DNA of 49,902 nt, taken from the IMG/VR virus record IMGVR_UViG_3300022217_000113, positions 1 through 49,902 of that record. The stretch is one strand, 5' to 3'. This DNA comes from a virus. Taxonomy: Duplodnaviria; Caudoviricetes. This document shows, piece by piece, positions 45,170 through 49,902 of this stretch (position 1 is its first letter; each line of letters opens with the position of its first letter). The notes under the pieces were generated by a model. The model did no database searches, was not told the origin of the DNA, and saw nothing but the letters and a program-made list of their open reading frames with translations. A program made the position numbers and the translations under genes.

Positions 45170-45777
45170 TGGAAAGCGCAAACCTCGGGCACCTGCCAAA
45201 CTTCTGTTTTTCGAGCAAGATCAGGAAACCGGATTCTTTGGCCCTGCATTATTTCAGCTGCATCAATGCAGACCCTGATCGCTGGGACGATCCGCGGCGA
45301 TGCTGGGAACTGTTCCACGATCTCAATCTGCCGCGCAATAAGCAAAAGTTTGGACCGTGGGCAATCGATCTCGGTAACGGGCACGCAGACGGTATCTATG
45401 CTTCAGCTGAATGGATGGTTCCACCAAACGGCGAAATCATCGAGCTGGTTCCATACGGCTATAAGACCTGGCACGCAGGATTTTCGTCTTTCCGTGGCGT
45501 GGAGAATTGTAATGAATTCATGGCGGGCGTGGAGCTTATCGCCGCACCGCAGTCCGGGCCGGAATATGGTTTCACGGAAGCGCAATATCGCGCTACGGCT
45601 GAGATCATAGTAACCAGGGGATTCCCGCGGGAACGGGTTACCACGCACCAGAGAATCCGCGAGGAATACCAGCACAATCATCCAGACCAGAACGTGCCCG
45701 ACAAGAATGACGTGGGGCCAACCTGGAGCTGGGACAGGCTGAATCATTATCTCGATCACGACCTGAACGGAGGTTGA
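45169..45777 (+). CDS. N-acetylmuramoyl-L-alanine amidase (AmpD/Amidase_2-like endolysin)
   Basis: LHY, WHAG.S, N.F..GVEL, FTEAQY, H...K.D.G...W motifs. Confidence 0.8.
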   Translation: MESANLGHLPNFCFSSKIRKPDSLALHYFSCINADPDRWDDPRRCWELFHDLNLPRNKQKFGPWAIDLGNGHADGIYASAEWMVPPNGEIIELVPYGYKTWHAGFSSFRGVENCNEFMAGVELIAAPQSGPEYGFTEAQYRATAEIIVTRGFPRERVTTHQRIREEYQHNHPDQNVPDKNDVGPTWSWDRLNHYLDHDLNGG

Positions 45778-46040
45778 TCATGGCATTGAATATCGGGCTG
45801 CTGAAAATACGCGGCAAAGAAAGCACGACCCTGACTTTTGTCACGATCAGCTGGGCCATCCTACAGGTAAAATTCTTGATCTCAGGGATCAAGCTCGGAA
45901 GCCTCGGCGTACAGCAGCTCATTACTGCTGCTGAGTTTGGGGCCGCGACAGCATTAATTCTCGGCATCTGGTTAACGCGAGAATGGAAGGCCAAATCTGA
46001 TGAAAAAAAGGAGAATATCGATGGTATGGCAAGAGATTAA
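45774..46040 (+). CDS. two-TM holin-like protein
   Basis: Two hydrophobic segments and charged C-tail, directly after the amidase. Confidence 0.45.
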   Translation: MIMALNIGLLKIRGKESTTLTFVTISWAILQVKFLISGIKLGSLGVQQLITAAEFGAATALILGIWLTREWKAKSDEKKENIDGMARD

Positions 46041-46314
46041 AAACAAGGTGATCGTCAGTGTTGTGACGGCCGCGGTTATCGGTGGCGGCGCACTTGCCTG
46101 GAACAGTCTGGCGTGGGCTTCTGACGTACAGCGAGTGGCAGAATCTGTCCAGGAGCTGAGCAAGTCAATCAAGGACGAGCGGATCAAGAGCCTGGTTAAC
46201 CAGCTCAACGATCTGGAAGTGAAAGCCAAGCTTGTCGGCCTGTCGAAGTATGACGAGATCCAGAAGTCTAGGATCGAGCGCGAGCTGAAGCTGCTTACCG
46301 GTGCCGGTCAATGA
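46021..46314 (+). CDS. single-TM coiled-coil protein
   Basis: AAGGAG SD before ATG 46021; TM followed by coiled coil. Confidence 0.5.
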   Translation: MVWQEIKNKVIVSVVTAAVIGGGALAWNSLAWASDVQRVAESVQELSKSIKDERIKSLVNQLNDLEVKAKLVGLSKYDEIQKSRIERELKLLTGAGQ

Positions 46315-46973
46315 GGGCGCTGATACTCGATACCGAGACAACCGATACAGGGGAAGACGCGCAGCCGATTGAGATCGCATGGCTGGAGCTGGATGACAGC
46401 CTGGAACAGCAGGGCGATATCTTCTGCCAGCGGTACAAGCCGACGAAACCGATCTCGTATGGCGCGATGGGCGTTCACCATATCCACGACCTGGACCTGG
46501 TTGATTGCCCGCCACCAAGCGAATTCAAGTTGCCTGATGGCGTCGACTTCCTGATCGGCCACAGCATTGATTTTGACTGGCGCATTATCGGAAGCCCGGA
46601 TATTCCCAGAATCTGCACACTGGCCTTGGCCCGCAGTCTTTGGCCGGATATTGAACATACCCAGTCCGCGCTGATGTATTACAAGTTTGGCATCGGCGCC
46701 AGGCCTCAGCTGAAAAACGCGCACTCGGCCGCGGCTGACGTGCAGATATGCGAACAGATTCTTCACTGTATTTTGGAAGAGCTGACAGACGGCACCATGG
46801 ATATCGATTTTCAGAAATTGTGGGAAATCTCAGAACTGGCGCGAGTCCCGACCGTGATGCCGTTTGGCAAACACAAAGGGCTGCCGGTCGAAGACGTGCC
46901 CAGAGACTATGTTGCCTGGCTGTTGCGCCAGCCAGACGTAGATCCCTATCTGCGGACAGCGCTTACCAGGTAA
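46311..46973 (+). CDS. DEDDh 3'-5' exonuclease (exodeoxyribonuclease X-like)
   Basis: LDTETT, GHSIDFD, AHSA.AD motifs and C-terminal MPFGKHKG..VP.DY..WL. Confidence 0.85.
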   Translation: MRALILDTETTDTGEDAQPIEIAWLELDDSLEQQGDIFCQRYKPTKPISYGAMGVHHIHDLDLVDCPPPSEFKLPDGVDFLIGHSIDFDWRIIGSPDIPRICTLALARSLWPDIEHTQSALMYYKFGIGARPQLKNAHSAAADVQICEQILHCILEELTDGTMDIDFQKLWEISELARVPTVMPFGKHKGLPVEDVPRDYVAWLLRQPDVDPYLRTALTR

Positions 46974-46989
46974 CCAGACGGAGAAGAAG

Positions 46990-47265
46990 ATGAGCGAAGC
47001 AAAAAAGCTGCCACTCTACCAGTGCCACAAAAAAGTAGCGGCGCTGAAGATATTGCACGTTACCGATGAGAAGGTTCGACCGCCAGACGGGTCTGCAACC
47101 ATTATCCCTGCCGAGCGAGGCCATAAACCATTCAAGGTAAGCGGCGAGTACATGCGGCGCCACGATCCCCAGACCGGAGGATACTATGTCGTATACGAAG
47201 ACGGGTACGAATCTTATTCTCCGGCGAAAGCTTTTGAGGGCGGCTACAAGCCAATCAAAGAGTAA
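46990..47265 (+). CDS. conserved small phage protein, candidate nucleotide-signal sponge
   Basis: P.Y.CHK.V.ALKI ... GGYYVVYEDGYESYSP..AFE.GY motif. Confidence 0.5.
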   Translation: MSEAKKLPLYQCHKKVAALKILHVTDEKVRPPDGSATIIPAERGHKPFKVSGEYMRRHDPQTGGYYVVYEDGYESYSPAKAFEGGYKPIKE

Positions 47266-47294
47266 GTAAACAACCAACCAATGAGGAACTACGA

Positions 47295-47744
47295 ATGTCA
47301 CAAATGAGAGCAAAAATGCAGGTCTCTTCTGTCCACGATAATGGCGATGGCGCGGAAATTACCAGCCAGGTGCTGAAATTCTCGGCTGTCGCTGCCAGTG
47401 AGTACGGCGAAGACGGCTCCGATGAAAACAATACCTATGCGAAGTTTACGCCGGACGGCGCTGTTCGCCTGGTTGTTGCCAATCCTGACCTGATCGGCAA
47501 GTTTGCAGTCGGCGATGAGTATTATGTTGACTTCACCAAGGCCGGCGAAGCTGAGCAGGAAGATCCTGAAGAAGAAGAGCCTGAAGAAGAAGAGCCTGAA
47601 GAAGAAGAGCAGGAAGAAGAAGAGCAGGAAGAAGATGACGGCCCGGAAGCTGAAATCGACGCCGATGGTGAAGGCGGCGGCGAAGGTGTTCCCGAAGTTG
47701 AGGGTACCGGCGGCGTCGATACACAAGGCCCGGACGCACAGTAA
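47295..47744 (+). CDS. conserved phage beta protein with acidic repeat tail
   Basis: RAK..V...L.F.AV...EN..YA..TP.G...L...NP....F..G.EYYVDFT core plus a (P/Q)EEEE tail. Confidence 0.65.
   Translation: MSQMRAKMQVSSVHDNGDGAEITSQVLKFSAVAASEYGEDGSDENNTYAKFTPDGAVRLVVANPDLIGKFAVGDEYYVDFTKAGEAEQEDPEEEEPEEEEPEEEEQEEEEQEEDDGPEAEIDADGEGGGEGVPEVEGTGGVDTQGPDAQ
47565..47639 (+). repeat. 15-bp tandem repeat x5 encoding (P/Q)EEEE
   Basis: cctgaagaagaagag x3, caggaagaagaagag, caggaagaagatgac. Confidence 0.9.
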
Positions 47745-47769
47745 GCTAAGTAAAAACTAAAGACAGAAA

Positions 47770-47799
47770 TCCGCCGCTGATGATGGCGGCGGGTTTTTT
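47770..47799 (+). terminator. Rho-independent terminator
   Basis: TCCGCCGC-loop-GCGGCGGG followed by TTTTTT. Confidence 0.75.
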
Positions 47800-47810
47800 A
47801 GGAGCAGAGC

Positions 47811-48002
47811 ATGGCAAATACGTTTAGAACTGTTTACCGAGAATTATCAGACGACGAAAAGGAATTGGTCGAAGGTATCAAAACTTGCGCCGAAGACCTG
47901 GAGCGCTTTATCGATGCTATGCCGGCAGGCCGCAAGCGATCCCTGGCTATCACTAAGCTGGAAGAATCTGTAATGTGGGCAATCAAGGGAATAACTGAGT
48001 AG
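47811..48002 (+). CDS. Acb2/Tad1-like helical-hairpin immune-signal sponge
   Basis: AGGAG SD; YRELS..E...V..IK (Acb2-like) and R..SLAITKLEE..MW..K (Tad1-like) motifs. Confidence 0.65.
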   Translation: MANTFRTVYRELSDDEKELVEGIKTCAEDLERFIDAMPAGRKRSLAITKLEESVMWAIKGITE

Positions 48003-48033
48003 GAACCAACCAGCGAAGCAAAGGAGAATACCG

Positions 48034-48657
48034 ATGAAAATGAAAAACATGCTTATGGGAATCCAGACTTTTTTAATTTTGTTGTTGAGCCTCACCGTCT
48101 ACTGGCAAGGCGCTGTCTATGCTGATGAAGAAGCAAAGTACCAGACCAGGATCGACAGTCAGAAAACGCTTCTCGACTACCACGATGAGCGTACCGAAAA
48201 AGTGATAGAGATCGCGGAGCTGCTAAAAAAGAAGAATCGGCATATACCCAGTGTTGTCGCATCTAATTGGGCAGGCTCTATTCAAACAGCATCGGAACTG
48301 TACCGCATTGATACCGAGGTGCTGATGGCCCTGTATCACGTTGAATCCAGAGCGATTCACTATACCCGGGAAGGATTCATCACTATGTCCCTGGAAGGTG
48401 CCGGCGGTATCGGACAGATAATGTATGATATTTGGTACAAGTCCTGCCCTCACTCAAAAAGACGGGACGATCTCCGGAATGGCGACACGAACATACTCTG
48501 TTCAGCCTTTATTCTCAGAACGTACCTGGATGAAAACAATGGCAACCTGGAGCACGCGCTCACCGCTTATAATGGCGGGCCGTCAGCTGTACGCGCCCTG
48601 ATACGAGGCAAGGATTTTACCGATGGATACGCCAAGCAAGTATTGATGCGAGTCTGA
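48034..48657 (+). CDS. lytic transglycosylase (SLT domain) with N-terminal signal/anchor
   Basis: AL..VES, S..GA.G..QIM, NI......L, ALTAYNGGP, Y...V motifs. Confidence 0.85.
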   Translation: MKMKNMLMGIQTFLILLLSLTVYWQGAVYADEEAKYQTRIDSQKTLLDYHDERTEKVIEIAELLKKKNRHIPSVVASNWAGSIQTASELYRIDTEVLMALYHVESRAIHYTREGFITMSLEGAGGIGQIMYDIWYKSCPHSKRRDDLRNGDTNILCSAFILRTYLDENNGNLEHALTAYNGGPSAVRALIRGKDFTDGYAKQVLMRV

Positions 48658-48658
48658 T

Positions 48659-48877
48659 ATGGAAACGGTATCAACGAAAAGATTCTGGGAGCTAATGGGC
48701 GACTTTCGCTTTGTCAGGATGAGCAGATTAACTGGAAAGATCGGCGATAAAGAATATCTAACTTTGTCGCCTCCAGAAGATGATCCTGATTTTATTGCCG
48801 ACGCTATAGACACAATAAAAGAATCACTATCACCGCCAACCAGGTGGTGGACCAAATTCTTTCGGAGAAACAAATGA
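48659..48877 (+). CDS. hypothetical protein
   Basis: Operon context; ATGA coupling downstream. Confidence 0.45.
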   Translation: METVSTKRFWELMGDFRFVRMSRLTGKIGDKEYLTLSPPEDDPDFIADAIDTIKESLSPPTRWWTKFFRRNK

Positions 48878-49182
48878 ATCGACGCGAATATTTACTGACC
48901 TGTCTCATGGAAGAGGCGAACGAGGTCGCCAAGGCGGCCAGCAAGGCTATTCGTTTCGGGATCATGGAAGTGTATCCAAACACGAACGAGACCAACATCG
49001 ACCGACTGAGCAGGGAGTTAAACGATCTCCGCGCAGTCACGGAAATGGTCGAGTCAGACGTGATGACCGAAGACCCGTTCTTTCTGTCGAAGGCGATGGA
49101 CAAGGATCACCGGGCACAAAAGAAAGTAAAAATGGAGCACTACATGGAGTATTCCCAGGCGCTTGGAGTGCTTGAGAAGTGA
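48874..49182 (+). CDS. MazG-like (all-alpha NTP pyrophosphatase) protein
   Basis: L.EE..EV....SK..RFG........N...L..E..DL; ATGA start at 48874. Confidence 0.65.
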   Translation: MNRREYLLTCLMEEANEVAKAASKAIRFGIMEVYPNTNETNIDRLSRELNDLRAVTEMVESDVMTEDPFFLSKAMDKDHRAQKKVKMEHYMEYSQALGVLEK

Positions 49183-49417
49183 CACTCGACGAGCAGATCA
49201 AGCACATGGAAAACGAGCGCGATTGGTACGCCGGCAAGGTATCAGGCGGCAGGCGTCTTCGCTCAAGCGAAGAAGAAGAAGCCTGTAACGCCATACTGGA
49301 GAGCTTGCATCGCCTGAAAGGTCTGGAGAAATAGATGCAGGGATTCTGGTTCATAGTCCGCGTAATGCTTTTGCTGATCGTGCTCAGCGTCCTAGTGTTT
49401 AAGTACGTCATCTACCG

Positions 49418-49621
49418 ATGAAACCAGCACCATGGCCATACAGACAGGGAAACCCAGGCGAGAAGTATCGCTGCGCTGTCTGCCATGAGCAGGTCGACTT
49501 CGATTATCAGGAGCACGTCGATCTGTTTTATCCGGACTCACTGTACTGGGACGACAAGAAGGAAGAAGTTTACTGCTCGCCAGAGCACGCCCTGGAGGCA
49601 CAAATGGGGATGGAATTATGA
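49418..49621 (+). CDS. small zinc-binding hypothetical protein
   Basis: CAVC ... YCS.EH motif. Confidence 0.45.
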   Translation: MKPAPWPYRQGNPGEKYRCAVCHEQVDFDYQEHVDLFYPDSLYWDDKKEEVYCSPEHALEAQMGMEL

Positions 49622-49902
49622 GACCAACAGAAATAGTAGAGCTGGATGGTGTTCAGGCTTATGTAACGTATGAAGACGCTGACGGATATATGCGAGTCAC
49701 GCCGATAGTCGGCGATCCGATGGTTTCGATACAGACCAGCAGAGATTCAGTCACCCATGTTGGGTACAAGGACAATACCGATGGCTAAAGAATTACTAGG
49801 GTTACCGATACCCTTCAAGAGAGGAAACATGAAAATAGAAAAAACAGACGTAACCAAGCTGATGATTACCGGCGTTGACGGCAACGATCCCATTGCCGTG
49901 AT

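Noticed and set aside
47298-47760. Alternative-frame ORFs with poly-Phe, poly-Lys or poly-Leu runs
   Set aside because: By-products of the GAA-rich tandem repeat in the 47295 gene

Overview
This window is a 50-kb piece of a tailed dsDNA phage with podovirus-type organisation. The host is probably Gram-negative, judging from a csrA homolog, a spanin-like pair and an outer-membrane-like protein. There are three transcription blocks. (1) 1-27137 (+): head/tail genes, ejection-type proteins, two giant polyvalent proteins and a holin/spanin-like group. The 1631-aa protein carries InPase-like, ddrB-ParB, putative ART and GNAT domains; the 2096-aa protein carries RelA/SpoT-like synthetase, zincin peptidase, RadC/JAB, ART-PolyVal and LPD38 domains. 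(2) 27166-39307 (-): early, recombination and accessory genes (VRR-NUC, HD alarmone hydrolase, Lar-like, NinB-like, CsrA, YqaJ, ERF, DUF2958, many small ORFs). These are driven by five sigma70-type promoters that share a palindromic ATAGCTAT box and use repeated AACCAGGAGGTG leaders. (3) 39451-end (+): Cro-like HTH, a replication initiator with GTAACG iterons, an ASCH-like protein, peptide deformylase, amidase, a DEDDh exonuclease and a candidate anti-defence cluster (Acb2/Tad1-like sponge, MazG-like). The most striking signal is a small gene (20091-20309, minus strand) nested antisense inside the 2096-aa gene, directly after the RelA/SpoT-like domain. It has its own extended -10 promoter and Shine-Dalgarno and is a candidate hidden antitoxin. 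No integrase, CI repressor, terminase, major capsid, tRNA or CRISPR array was seen. All family assignments come from motif recognition by eye, not from database searches.
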